DNA of 64,000 bases from an uncultured beta proteobacterium (GTDB taxonomy: Bacteria > Pseudomonadota > Gammaproteobacteria > Burkholderiales > SG8-39): NCBI GenBank assembly GCA_963782655.1, contig CAWALA010000005.1:163587-227586 (forward strand), written 5' to 3'. Below the pieces are notes generated by a model. The model saw only the letters and a program-made list of their open reading frames with translations, was not told the DNA's origin and did not search any database. How positions within the stretch are numbered: position 1 is the first letter of the stretch; each line of letters starts with the position of its first letter. Positions 13,739 to 23,300 of this stretch are shown here, one piece after another. A program made the translations under genes and the position numbers.

Positions 13739-14710
13739 GCGTCGGGCTCGATTCGGGTGATCAATGACGGGTCAAAGGGGGCGGCCGTGCGCTCCGCGAC
13801 GCGCAGCACGGCGCTGCGCGCGCGCGGGTTGGCGGCGGCTTCGGCGGCGGAGGGACGCATGGGCTTGCCCACGATGGTGAGCAGCGCTTGTGGCATCTCG
13901 CTGGCGCGCAGGGGCAAATCCCGTGGCAGCATCGGGCGCGCGCAGGACTGCAGGAAGCGCTTCACGATGCGGTCCTCCAGCGAGTGGAAGGCGATCACCG
14001 CCAGGCGCCCGCCAGGCGCGAGGCGCTCGAGCGCCTGCGGCAGCATCAGCGACACTTCCTCAAGCTCCCGATTGACGAAAATCCGTAGAGCCTGAAAGGT
14101 GCGCGTCGCCGGATCCTGGCCCGGCTCCCGTGTGCGGACCGCCGCACCCACGAGATCGGCAAGTTGGCGGGTCGTGCGGATGGGCGCGCTCCGGCGAGCA
14201 GCAACAATCGCCGCTGCAACCTGTTTAGCAAACCGTTCTTCCCCATACCCCCCGATGACCTCCCTGAGTTGCGCTTCGCTCGCTGTCCCCAGCCAGTCGG
14301 CTGCGGACACCCCTTGCGTCGGATCCATGCGCATGTCGAGCGGCCCGTCGTTGCGGAACGAGAAGCCGCGCGCCGCGTCGTCGAGTTGCGGCGAGGACAC
14401 GCCCAGGTCGAACAGCATCCCCTGCGCCTGCGCCACGCCCTGCGCGTCGAGCGCGTGCGCGAGCGCGCTGAACGCGGTGTGCACGATCGCGAAGCGCGCA
14501 TCGCGGATGCCGCGCGCCGCTTCGACGGCCTGCGGGTCGCGGTCGAGCGCGATGAGCCGCCCGCTGCGGACCGAGCTGTTCGAGGATCCGGCGGCTGTGC
14601 CCGCCGCGACCGAAGGTGCCGTCCACGTAGGTCCCGTCCGGCCGCAAGGCCAGCGCGGCGACGGCTTCGGCGGCGAGTACGGCACGGTGGGAGGGAGGAG
14701 CGGCGCTCAT
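13726..14710 (-). CDS. rsmH: 16S rRNA (cytosine1402-N4)-methyltransferase RsmH/MraW; one frame switch near 14570
   Basis: [48 protein letters not shown] (ORF 14225..14722 frame). Then ORF 13726..14685 with [16 protein letters not shown]...[33 protein letters not shown]...[18 protein letters not shown]. Confidence 0.9.
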
Positions 14711-14728
14711 TGGGGGGCGCACCCGCGC

Positions 14729-15178
14729 TCACAGCGAGAAGTCCTCCATGCCGGGCGGCGGCGCGGCAGGACCGGATAGGGCCTGCGCGAGCTTCGCGTT
14801 CCACAGGCCGCTGTCCCACAGCTCGAAGTAGCCGCCCTGACCGACCAGCATCACGTCGCGCTCGAGCCTGCCGTGCTGGCGCAGCGCGCCCGAGAGGAGG
14901 ATGCGGCCCGACCCGTCGGGCACCACGTGCTCCTCGAAGCCGAGCAGCAGGCGCTTCCACCAGCTCGCCTGCGGGTGAAAACTCGGGAAGGTCTCGGCGC
15001 GCGCGCGCACTGGCTCCCAGGCGGCCGGCGGATAAAGCAGCACGCAGCCCTCCGGGTGCGCGGTCAGCACGAGGTGCTTGGCGCTGTCGAGCAGCGCATC
15101 GCGATGGCGCGTGGGAATAGCCAGGCGCCCCTTCGCGTCCAGCGTCACCACCGTTGCGCCGTGAAATGTCCCACCCAT
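14729..15178 (-). CDS. mraZ: Transcriptional regulator MraZ
   Basis: In ORF 14729..15304 the internal ATG at 15176-15178 gives MGGTFHGATVVTLDAKGRLAIPTRHRDALL...LVLTAHPEGCVLLYP...DGSGRILLSGALRQHGRLERDVMLVGQGGYFELWD. This is the duplicated MraZ/SpoVT-AbrB fold and the first gene of the dcw cluster. Confidence 0.9.
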   Translation of the reverse strand: MGGTFHGATVVTLDAKGRLAIPTRHRDALLDSAKHLVLTAHPEGCVLLYPPAAWEPVRARAETFPSFHPQASWWKRLLLGFEEHVVPDGSGRILLSGALRQHGRLERDVMLVGQGGYFELWDSGLWNAKLAQALSGPAAPPPGMEDFSL

Positions 15179-15217
15179 GCCCAGTTTTTCCTCGGCGGCT
15201 GGGGCGCTGCGGGAATC

Positions 15218-15282
15218 TCCCCTTTTTCCGCCACTTTTTTCTACCTTTTCCCACTCTAAGGGGAAAAGATGGACGAGGTCAA
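15218..15282 (-). promoter_or_regulatory. Putative Pmra promoter with phased MraZ-box repeats
   Basis: Minus strand reads TTGACC (15277-15282), 18-nt spacer, TAGAGT (15253-15258). This is followed by GTGGGAAAAG GTAGAAAAAA GTGGCGGAAAAA GGGGAG, i.e. GTGGG-like pentamers at roughly 10-bp phasing (about 15250, 15241, 15230, 15218). It resembles the repeated GTGGG operator described for E. coli MraZ. Confidence 0.45.
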
Positions 15283-15355
15283 GCCAAATATTCAGGCCTG
15301 ACAAAGACTTAGCGACGTTTTTGTAGGCTGATTCTGGAAATTAAATAGACATACA

Positions 15356-15383
15356 TTTCAGCAGGTTATAAAACCTACTGAAA
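15356..15383 (-). terminator. AT-rich hairpin downstream of the Ldh_2 gene (possible terminator or operator)
   Basis: TTTCAGCAGGTT-ATAA-AACCTACTGAAA: 12-bp arms with one mismatch. On the minus strand it is followed by a T-rich stretch (TGTATGTCTATTTAATTTCC). It separates the Ldh_2 gene from the dcw promoter. Confidence 0.35.
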
Positions 15384-15408
15384 GTGCCTTCTTAGAACAC
15401 CCTGTGAC

Positions 15409-16485
15409 TTATGCCCGGGCGAGGCGATCAATGGTTTCCGCCGCGACCGCGACCTTCGCGCCGGCCGCGTGGATCTCGATCCAGGTGTTGGCATCGACAG
15501 CGATGCCGTCCTTTTCGCGCTTCGCACGCGTCTCGCGCTCCGGATCGCCCGCGATGCGCACGCGATCGCTGCCGGGCGCGGGCGGCGATTTCTTCACCCA
15601 GGCGATGAACTCGCGCGCTTCGCGCTCGAACGGCGCCGCGGTGCCAAGCTTGCGCGGGTCGATGAGGATGCTGAGCATGCCGTTCAGCACCCGCTTCTTC
15701 GAGCGGTCCTCCGTGTGCCAGGTGCCGCCGCCGGTGAGCGCGCCGCCGAGCAACTCGCATACGACGGCGAGGCCATAGCCCTTGTGCAGGCCGAAGGTGG
15801 TGAGCGCGCCAAAAGGCTCGATCACACCGAACTTCGCGTCGATGGTGGGGTTGCCCTTGTCGTCGAGGAGCAGCCCGGGCGGCAGCTTCTCGCCCTTGTT
15901 GTGCGCGACGCGCACCTTGCCCTGCGCCACGCCGCTGGTGGCCATGTCGAGGATGAACGGCGCCTGCCCAGCGAGCGGGATGCCGATGGTGCAGGGATTG
16001 GTGCCGAAGCGCGCGTCGCTGCCGCCGAAGGGCGCGACGATCGCGCGCGAGATCACGTTGACGAAGCTGATCGACACCAGGCCTTCGGCCACCGCCTGCT
16101 CGGCCCACTGGCCGATGCGGCACAGGTGGTGCGAGTTGGCGAGCGCCATCACGCACACGCCGTGCTGCCGCGCGCGCCCGATGGCGATGGCGGTCGCTTC
16201 CATTCCGATGACCTGGCCGTACCCCGCCTGGCCGTCGAGCGCGACCAGCGCGCCGCCGTCGAACTTCACCACCGGGTGGCGGTTGGGCTGCAAGCCTCCC
16301 TCGATGAGCGAATCCACATAGCGCGGGATCATGCCGATGCCGTGCGAGTCGTGCCCGGTGAGGTTGGCGGTGACGAGGTTCTCGGCGACGAGGCGCGCCT
16401 CGCGCGGCTCGCTGCCGCCGGCGGCGACGATCGCCTCGATGGCGCGCGCGAGCGGCGCCGGTTTGAAGACGTGGAGGGTGGCCAT
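15409..16485 (-). CDS. Ldh_2 family (malate/L-lactate/ureidoglycolate-type) NAD(P)H-dependent oxidoreductase
   Basis: ORF 15409..16512; likely start MATLHVFKP at 16485. NLTGHDSHGIGMIPRYV, GQAGYGQVIGMEA, SHHLCRIGQWAEQA, APFGGSDARFGTNPCTIGIP, FGLHKGYGLAVVCELLGGALTGGG are typical of the type-2 Ldh family. Confidence 0.8.
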   Translation of the reverse strand: MATLHVFKPAPLARAIEAIVAAGGSEPREARLVAENLVTANLTGHDSHGIGMIPRYVDSLIEGGLQPNRHPVVKFDGGALVALDGQAGYGQVIGMEATAIAIGRARQHGVCVMALANSHHLCRIGQWAEQAVAEGLVSISFVNVISRAIVAPFGGSDARFGTNPCTIGIPLAGQAPFILDMATSGVAQGKVRVAHNKGEKLPPGLLLDDKGNPTIDAKFGVIEPFGALTTFGLHKGYGLAVVCELLGGALTGGGTWHTEDRSKKRVLNGMLSILIDPRKLGTAAPFEREAREFIAWVKKSPPAPGSDRVRIAGDPERETRAKREKDGIAVDANTWIEIHAAGAKVAVAAETIDRLARA

Positions 16486-16526
16486 GGAGCCGAGTTTATA
16501 ATGGCCCGCCAACCTCGCAACGGCCC

Positions 16527-17208
16527 ATGATCGACAAGTTCGTCTCCTCCGCCGCGGCAGCCCTCGCCGACGTCCCAGACGGCGCCACCGTCATGATCGG
16601 CGGCTTCGGCAACGCCGGCATGCCGGCGGAGCTGATCGACGCACTGATCGCGCAGGGCGCGAAGCGACCTCACGGTGGTCAACAACAATGCCGGCAACGC
16701 CGATGCGGGGCTCGCCGCGCTGATCGGCGCCAAGCGCGTGCGCAAGATCATCTGTTCCTTCCCGCGCCAGACCGATTCCTGGCATTTCGACAAGGCCTAC
16801 CGCGCCGGCGAGCTGGAGCTCGAGCTGGTGCCGCAGGGCACGCTCGCCGAGCGCATCCGCGCGGCTGGCGCCGGCATCGGCGCCTTCTATACCCCGACCG
16901 CGTTCGGCACGCGGCTAGCCGAGGGCAAGGAAACGCGCCGCTTCGGCGAGCGCGACTATGTGCTCGAGTATCCGATCCACGCCGACTACGCGCTCATCAA
17001 GGCCGACCGTGCCGACCGCTGGGGCAACCTCACCTATCGCATGACCGCGCGCAATTTCGGGCCGATCATGGCGGCGGCGGCGAAGTGCACGGTGGTGCAG
17101 GTGCGCGAGACGGTGGCGCTGGGCGAGCTCGATCCGGAGATCGTGGTCACCCCGGGAATCTTCGTCAAGCGCGTCGTGCGCATCGCGCCGCTGAGGAGGG
17201 CCGCATGA
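16527..17208 (+). CDS. 3-oxoacid CoA-transferase subunit A; one frame switch near 16665
   Basis: MIDKFVSSAAAALADVPDGATVMIGGFGNAGMPAELIDALIAQGAK. Then, after an apparent extra base, DLTVVNNNAGNADAGLAALIGAKRVRKIICSFPRQ...PQGTLAERIRAAGAGIGAFYTPT...NLTYRMTARNFGPIMAAAA (ORF 16675..17208). Confidence 0.88.
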
Positions 17209-17861
17209 AGAAGCTGGACCGCAACCAGATCGCCGCGCGCGTGGCGCGCGACATCCCCGATGGCGCCACCGTCAATCTCGGCATCGGCCTGCCGACGCTG
17301 GTGGCCGACCATTTGCCGAAGGACCGCGAGATCATCCTGCACAGCGAGAACGGCGTGCTCGGCATCGGCGCGCGGCCGGCCAAGGGCATGGAAGACGAGG
17401 ACCTGATCAACGCCGGCAAGGAGCCGGTGACGCTGCTCAAGGGCGGCGCGTTCTTCCATCATGCCGATTCGTTCGGCATGATCCGCGGCCGGCACCTCGA
17501 TTACTGCGTGCTCGGCGCGTTCCAGGTCTCCGTGGCGGGTGACCTCGCCAACTGGCACACCGGCGCACCGGATGCGATCCCGGCGGTGGGCGGCGCGATG
17601 GACCTGGCGGTGGGTGCGAAGAACGTCCTGGTGATGATGGAGCACCTCACCAAGGAAGGCAAAAGCAAGATCGTCGAGCGCTGCAGCTATCCCCTCACCG
17701 CGGCGCGCTGCGTGAACCGCATCTACACCGACCTCGCGGTGATCGACGTGAAAGCCGATGGCTTACACGTCGTGGACATCGTCGAGGGGCTCAGCTTCGA
17801 GGAGCTGCAGCGCCTCTCCGGCGTGCCGCTCAAGCGCGCGGCGGCCAGCAAGGCCGCCTGA
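17205..17861 (+). CDS. 3-oxoacid CoA-transferase subunit B
   Basis: ATG at 17205 overlaps the subunit A stop. MKKLDRNQIAARVARDIPDGATVNLGIGLPTLVADHLP...ILHSENGVLGIG...GAFQVSVAGDLANW...VGGAMDLAVGAKNVLVMMEH (SENG active-site motif). Confidence 0.9.
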   Translation: MKKLDRNQIAARVARDIPDGATVNLGIGLPTLVADHLPKDREIILHSENGVLGIGARPAKGMEDEDLINAGKEPVTLLKGGAFFHHADSFGMIRGRHLDYCVLGAFQVSVAGDLANWHTGAPDAIPAVGGAMDLAVGAKNVLVMMEHLTKEGKSKIVERCSYPLTAARCVNRIYTDLAVIDVKADGLHVVDIVEGLSFEELQRLSGVPLKRAAASKAA

Positions 17862-17870
17862 CACCGTGCG

Positions 17871-19892
17871 TCAACCGATGTCGCGCCGCGCCTCAGCGAT
17901 CACGCGGTCGAGGTCCGCGTTAGGCGGCGGCGCCACGACATCGGCGACGGGCATGTCCTTCGGCGGAGCGATCCGGTTGTGGCGCCGGATGCCCCAGATC
18001 AGGGCGACGATGGTGACCGCGGCGGTCCCCCAGATCAGTTTGTCGTTCGGATGAAACAGGGTCACCAATGAGACCACCGCGAACAGCACGCGCGCCGGGA
18101 CTTCGGCCTTCCAGTTCTCGAAACATCGCCCGAACATCGCGAATCCCACGCCGCAGGTGGCGGTGGTCACGACCAGGATATCGCCGATCTGCCCCCAGCC
18201 GGGCTTCACCGCCATCGCCGAGCGCGTGAAGATCGCGAAGGTCATGAGCGTGATCGGCAGGCAGATCTTGAGCGCCTCCCACATGGTGCGCATGAAGGAG
18301 GCATTGGCGATGCGCGCCGCGACGGCCGCCGTGAGCGAGGTCGGCGGCGAGAGCTCGCCCCAGACCGACAGGAAGAACACGAAGAAGTGCGCGACCCAGG
18401 GATCGATGCCGAGCTTGACCATCGGCGGCACGATGATCACCGCGCCGACGATGTAGGTGGCGGTCGGCGGCAGGCCGGTGCCGAGCAGCCAGCCGAAGAT
18501 GAACGCCATCAGGACCATGGCGACGATGTTCCAGGCGCCGATGTCGAGCAGCATCCCGCCCATCCGGTTGATGAAGCCGGTGACCGTGAACAGGCCGATC
18601 ATGATGCCGAGCGTGGCGAGCAGCAGCGTGAGGTAGGAGGTCATCTCGGCATGCGTCTCGATCGCGCGCCGCAGGCTGCCTAACAGCGACTCGCCCTTGA
18701 GGAAGGGGTCCTTGCGCCGGTACTTGAACCAGAGAAAGACCGCGATCAGCGCCGCGAGCATCAGGACACCGGTATTGACCGCCGCGCGCAGCTCGCCCCT
18801 GCCGACGAAGCCGAGCAGGTAGATGAGATAAGCCACGGCGCCGAAGAAGATGCCGGTCGTCACCTTCTCGTAGAGCGGCACCTGCGGCTTGTCGATCTTG
18901 CCGGCCGGCATCAGGCGCACCGACAGCAGGTAGATCGCCACGCCGATCGAGACATAGTAGATGAAGCCGAAGCCGAAGCCGCGCAGCACGACGTCCCAGT
19001 AGGGCACGCGGAGGAATTCCGCCATCAGGAACGCGGCGGCTCCCATCATCGGCGGCAGGATCAGCCCGCCCATCGACGCCGAGGTCTCGACCGCGGCGGC
19101 GAACGTCGGCGGCACGCCGTAGCGGATCATCAGCGGAATGGTGATGGTGCCGACTACGGCGGCATTGGCCGAGCCGCTGCCGCTGATCAGCCCGATCGCG
19201 CTCGAACCCAGCACCGCAGTCTGCGGCATCAGCCGCCGCGAGCGGGCGACTAGCCGCACGACGTTGATCATCGCGTGCTGCGCGTTGAAGCCGTTGGCGA
19301 CGCCGGCCAGCAGCAGGAAGGCGGCGATCAGCGTGAGCGCGAGCTGGCCGTACGTGCCGTAGATGCCGGTGGAGAACTCGACCGTGCTCGAAGTGACGAC
19401 CCGCTCGAAAGTCGTCCCCGGATGCCAGAAGAAGTCGAGCGAGCGCGGAAACACGTTGCCGTAGAGCGTGTACACGATCATCACCAAGTTGACCCAGAAC
19501 AGCACCGGGTGGGCGAGGCGCGTCAGCTCCATCACCAGCAGGAACATGAGCAGGCCGACGATGTAATCCTGTTGCGTGAACGTGCCCTGGCTGTAGATTG
19601 CGATCCTTTCGTATTCGGAGAGGAAGTACCCGAACGCGTAAATGGCGATCCCGAGGTAGAGCACGACGAGGGCGTAGTTGACCTTCGGCGGCAGCCACTT
19701 GTAGAGGTGCCCTTGCTGGAACATGAACAGGATCTGCAGGACCAGCGCGACCGGGATCAGGCGCGCGGCGAGCTGCAGCGAACCGCCCAGCCCGGTGTAG
19801 AAGTACCAGACCAGCCAGGCGACGAAGACCAGCGAGACCGCGAATATCAGGTTACCGATATTGGCGTGGCTCTTGAGCCGGGCAATCAGCAC
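17871..19892 (-). CDS. TRAP transporter fused permease (TAXI-type, DctQM-like)
   Basis: Intact 673-aa polytopic ORF, highly hydrophobic throughout. Its paralogue is the 637-aa ORF at 38657..40570. Lies immediately downstream of a TAXI binding-protein gene. Confidence 0.88.
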   Translation of the reverse strand: MLIARLKSHANIGNLIFAVSLVFVAWLVWYFYTGLGGSLQLAARLIPVALVLQILFMFQQGHLYKWLPPKVNYALVVLYLGIAIYAFGYFLSEYERIAIYSQGTFTQQDYIVGLLMFLLVMELTRLAHPVLFWVNLVMIVYTLYGNVFPRSLDFFWHPGTTFERVVTSSTVEFSTGIYGTYGQLALTLIAAFLLLAGVANGFNAQHAMINVVRLVARSRRLMPQTAVLGSSAIGLISGSGSANAAVVGTITIPLMIRYGVPPTFAAAVETSASMGGLILPPMMGAAAFLMAEFLRVPYWDVVLRGFGFGFIYYVSIGVAIYLLSVRLMPAGKIDKPQVPLYEKVTTGIFFGAVAYLIYLLGFVGRGELRAAVNTGVLMLAALIAVFLWFKYRRKDPFLKGESLLGSLRRAIETHAEMTSYLTLLLATLGIMIGLFTVTGFINRMGGMLLDIGAWNIVAMVLMAFIFGWLLGTGLPPTATYIVGAVIIVPPMVKLGIDPWVAHFFVFFLSVWGELSPPTSLTAAVAARIANASFMRTMWEALKICLPITLMTFAIFTRSAMAVKPGWGQIGDILVVTTATCGVGFAMFGRCFENWKAEVPARVLFAVVSLVTLFHPNDKLIWGTAAVTIVALIWGIRRHNRIAPPKDMPVADVVAPPPNADLDRVIAEARRDIG

Positions 19893-19960
19893 ATACCTCC
19901 CCCATTGGGCGCGATTCGCATGCGCCTTCCAGATTGCCGCTTGTCGGTCCGTCTACGTAC

Positions 19961-20998
19961 TTATTTCGCGATCTTCCACTTGTTGTTCCAGGCCTTGTTC
20001 TCCTTCAGGAACCTGGCCAGGCCCGGATGCACCGGAATGTCCGGATTGGCGCTGATGCCCGCCACCTGCATGCCGACGAAGTCCTTGGCCATCGGCGTGA
20101 AGCCGGGCTCGGCCTTGGCGAGCGCGTCCTTGTTCTTGTCGAACGCCACGAGCATCTTGTAGACGACGTCCTCGGGAATGTTGGTGCCCATGTTGTAGCC
20201 GAACAGGATCGGCACGCCCATGAGGGTGGTCGGGCCGACGGGCTTGGCGAACGCGCCCTTCGGGTCGACTTCGACGACCCCCAGGCCCGCCGCCTTGAGC
20301 TTGGCGACCTCGTCGGGGCAGGGATTGACGACCCTGACGTCCATCCGGATCTCGGTCTCCTTCCAGTAGGACGCGAGCGACTTGCCGGCGGTGGTGTAGG
20401 TGGCCGATCCCACGATCGAGCCGCTGTCCATCGCATCCGCGTTCGACTTGAGGTCGATCTGGACGTGCTTGAACTCGTAGCCGAGCGCCTTGTAGATGCG
20501 CTGCCAGTTCAGCCAGTTCATGAAGCCGGCGTTGGTGTAGAACACCGGCTTGCCGCTGAAGTCCTTCCAGCACCTGAACTTGTCGGCGTCCTTGGCCGCG
20601 ACAGCCATCATGGATTCCATCGGATAGGAATACCAGGCGTGCACGATCTCCGGCATCTTGGGCTTGTAGTCCTTGAATCCGCCGACGCGCTCGTGGAATT
20701 GGGTCATGCCGATGTCGGCGGTGTAGGCGATCTCGCCGTTGCCGTCCATCACCGCCTTCATCGCCACCGTGGGCGAGGCATACGGCTGGACCGTGACGGT
20801 GTACTGGCCGCCGAGCGCCTCCTCGACGATCTTGGTCATCTGCGCGGCGATCTGGTAGCCGTAGGAGCCAACGGCGGAGGTCGCCCAGCGCAGTGACTTG
20901 CGCTCCTGCGCGTGGGCCGGCTCCAGCGCCGAGAAAGCGAATACCGCGGCAGCCGCGGCGGCGATCGCGAAGCCGCGATTCAGTCTGGTCTTCATCAT
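19961..20998 (-). CDS. TAXI family TRAP transporter solute-binding protein
   Basis: ORF 19961..21019; likely start MMKTRLNRGFAIAAAAAAVFAFSALEPAHA (signal peptide). SLRWATSAVGSYGYQIAAQM...TVQPYASPTVAMKAVMDGNGEIAYTAD. Adjacent to the fused permease. Confidence 0.85.
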   Translation of the reverse strand: MMKTRLNRGFAIAAAAAAVFAFSALEPAHAQERKSLRWATSAVGSYGYQIAAQMTKIVEEALGGQYTVTVQPYASPTVAMKAVMDGNGEIAYTADIGMTQFHERVGGFKDYKPKMPEIVHAWYSYPMESMMAVAAKDADKFRCWKDFSGKPVFYTNAGFMNWLNWQRIYKALGYEFKHVQIDLKSNADAMDSGSIVGSATYTTAGKSLASYWKETEIRMDVRVVNPCPDEVAKLKAAGLGVVEVDPKGAFAKPVGPTTLMGVPILFGYNMGTNIPEDVVYKMLVAFDKNKDALAKAEPGFTPMAKDFVGMQVAGISANPDIPVHPGLARFLKENKAWNNKWKIAK

Positions 20999-21020
20999 GA
21001 ACTCCTCCTTGGAGAGCATC

Positions 21021-21980
21021 TTACTGCGGCTTGATCCCCGCGGTCTGCAGGATCTTCTTCGTCTCCTCGACTTCCTTCGCCACGAAGTTCGTGAACTCTG
21101 GAATCGAAAGACTTCCCGGTTCCGTGCCCAGTTTCTGCAGTCGCCCCTTCAGATCGGCGCTCGCCAGCGCCGCGTTCACGTCCCGGTTGATCTTCGCGGC
21201 GACGTCGGCCGGCATGTTCGCCGGGCCCCAGAGACCAACCCACAGCGTGTAGTCGAAGCCGGCGTAGCCCTGCTCGGCGACCGAGGGAACATTGGGCAGC
21301 AGCGCGGAGCGCTTCGCGCTCGACACCGCCAGCGCCTGCGCCTTGCCGCCGTTGACGTGGGGCAGCGCGGCGTTGAGCGGCGCCCAGTAGCAGCACACGC
21401 GCCCGCCGATGGTGTCGGTGATCGCCTCTGGGGTCCCCTTGTAGGGGATGTGCACCACGTCGATGCCGGTCGCGATCTTGAGCTTTTCCAGGTTGAAGTG
21501 GGTGCCGCTGCCGATGCCGGCCGAGGAGAAATTGAGCTTGCCGGGGCTCGCCTTGGCGACGTCGATGAAATCGCGCAGCGACTTCCAGCCCGCTTCCGGA
21601 CTGACGATCAGCACGTTCGGTCCGCCGCCAAGCAGCGCGAGGTTGGTGAAGTCCTTCAGCGTGTCGTAGGGCAGGTTGGCGTAGATCCCCGGGTTCGCCA
21701 CATGCGCCGACGAATTGGCGAGCAGCGTATAGCCGTCGGGATCGGCCTTCACTACCGCCGCCGAGCCGATCGAGCCGCCGGCGCCGACGCGGTTTTCCCC
21801 CACCACCGGCTGGCCCCACATCTCCTGCAGCTTCGCCGCCACCGCACGCCCGATGATGTCGGTCGAGCTGCCCGGCGTGAACGCGATGATCAGGCGCACC
21901 GGCTTGTTGGGGAAACCCTGCGCGAATGCCTGTGAGGCGGCGAGCGCCAGCGCAGCGACCAGCAGCTTACGAAAGACCAT
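21021..21980 (-). CDS. Bug family (TctC-like) tripartite tricarboxylate transporter substrate-binding protein
   Basis: Intact 319 aa. MVFRKLLVAALALAASQAFAQGFPNKPVRLIIAFTPGSSTDIIGR...KADPDGYTLL...GKLNFSSAGIGSGTHF...IPYKGTPEAITD. Classic Bug signature. Confidence 0.9.
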   Translation of the reverse strand: MVFRKLLVAALALAASQAFAQGFPNKPVRLIIAFTPGSSTDIIGRAVAAKLQEMWGQPVVGENRVGAGGSIGSAAVVKADPDGYTLLANSSAHVANPGIYANLPYDTLKDFTNLALLGGGPNVLIVSPEAGWKSLRDFIDVAKASPGKLNFSSAGIGSGTHFNLEKLKIATGIDVVHIPYKGTPEAITDTIGGRVCCYWAPLNAALPHVNGGKAQALAVSSAKRSALLPNVPSVAEQGYAGFDYTLWVGLWGPANMPADVAAKINRDVNAALASADLKGRLQKLGTEPGSLSIPEFTNFVAKEVEETKKILQTAGIKPQ

Positions 21981-22880
21981 CTTTCACCTCCACGTTTTCC
22001 GGTTTCAACGCGATCCCCGACGCCAGTGCCTGCTGCAGCAGCAGCGTCGCGAAATCCTCCTCCTTCATGCCGCGGCCCATCATAGACTGAATCAGGTCGC
22101 GGGTGGCCGACGCCAGCGGCATCGGCACCTCCAGCCTGCGCCCGGCATCCAGGCCCAGGTCCATGTCCTTTCTCAGCAGCTCGGGCGTGAAGGTCACCTT
22201 GAAGTCCAGGTTGACGAAGGCGGGCGTCTTGTAGCGCGTGAACATCGAGCCCATCACGCTCTGGTTGAGGAACTCGAGGAAGGCGTGGCGCGGCACGCCG
22301 GCCTTCTGCGCCAGCACCGTGATCTCGGCGAGCGACTGGATCACCACGCCGAGGAACACGTTGTGGCAGATCTTGACGATGCGCGCGAGCTCGCCTTCGC
22401 CGACGTAGCTCGCGGCGGGCGCGATCATCTTCAGCAGCGGCAGCGCCTCGTCGAACGACTTCCTCGGGCCGGAGCAGACGAACGAAAGCTTGCCCGCCTT
22501 GATCACCTTGGCGTTGCCGGAGACGGGCGCCGCCAGGTAGTCGATGCCGCGCTGCGCCAGCATGGCGCGCAGCTCGGCCGAGCCCTCGAGCGAGATCGAG
22601 GAGCATTCGATCACCATGCGCGGCCGGTTCTTCCCGGCCAGCAATTCGTTCATCACCTGCTTCACGTCCTTCCACGCCGCCACCATGCAGAAAACGATGT
22701 CGCAGGCCGCGAGTTCCGGCAACCGCTCGGCGACCTTGCGCCGTACTTCGCAAGCGGCTCGGCCTTCGCGCGCGTGCGGTTCCAGGCGAGCACGTCGGCG
22801 CCGCCCCTGGCGAGGCGCGCCGCCATTTCGTAGCCCATGCGGCCGGTGCCGATCCAGCCGACGCTCGGGCGCGCGCTCAT
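21967..22880 (-). CDS. NAD(P)-dependent 3-hydroxyisobutyrate dehydrogenase-like (beta-hydroxyacid dehydrogenase) oxidoreductase; one frame switch near 22740
   Basis: MSARPSVGWIGTGRMGYEMAARLARGGADVLAWNRTRAKAEPL (ORF 22662..22946 frame). Then ORF 21967..22722 with DIVFCMVAA...VIECSSISLEGS...YLAAPVSGNAKVIKAGKLSFVCSG...ARIVKICHNVFLG. Confidence 0.8.
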
Positions 22881-23293
22881 TTCGGCTTCACCGCGATCAT
22901 GTCGAGTTCCACGCGCGCGCCGGGGGTACTGAGGCAATTGACGCACACCGTGGTGCTCGCCGGCTTCCAGTCGCCGAAATACTGCTCGAGCACCGCGACC
23001 ATGCCGTCCATGTCGCGCATGTCGGTGAGGTACTTGGTGATCTTCACCACGTGCCGCCAGCCCAGGCCTTCGCGGTCCAGCACCAGCTTGATGTTCTCCA
23101 TCGCGCGTCGCGTCTGCCCCTCGATGTCGCTGGGATGCACGTGCTCCTCGGGCACATGCGGATGCCGGTGGTAGAGCGGCGAGGGCGTGGCGCCGGACAC
23201 GAACAGGATGTCGGCGGGCCCTTCCACGCGCACCGCCGGCGCGTAAGGCATGAGGGCCTCCAGCTCCGGGTGCGGCTGCACCACCGCCGGCAT
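22877..23293 (-). CDS. RidA/YjgF family protein
   Basis: ORF 22877..23317; preferred start MPAVVQP at 23293, just after the M24 stop and preceded by GAGGG. YAPAVRVEGPADILFVSGA...GQTRRAMENIKLVLDREGLGWRHVVKITKYLTDMRDM...PASTTVCVNCLSTPGARVELDMIA. Confidence 0.8.
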   Translation of the reverse strand: MPAVVQPHPELEALMPYAPAVRVEGPADILFVSGATPSPLYHRHPHVPEEHVHPSDIEGQTRRAMENIKLVLDREGLGWRHVVKITKYLTDMRDMDGMVAVLEQYFGDWKPASTTVCVNCLSTPGARVELDMIAVKPK

Positions 23294-23300
23294 GCGGCCC

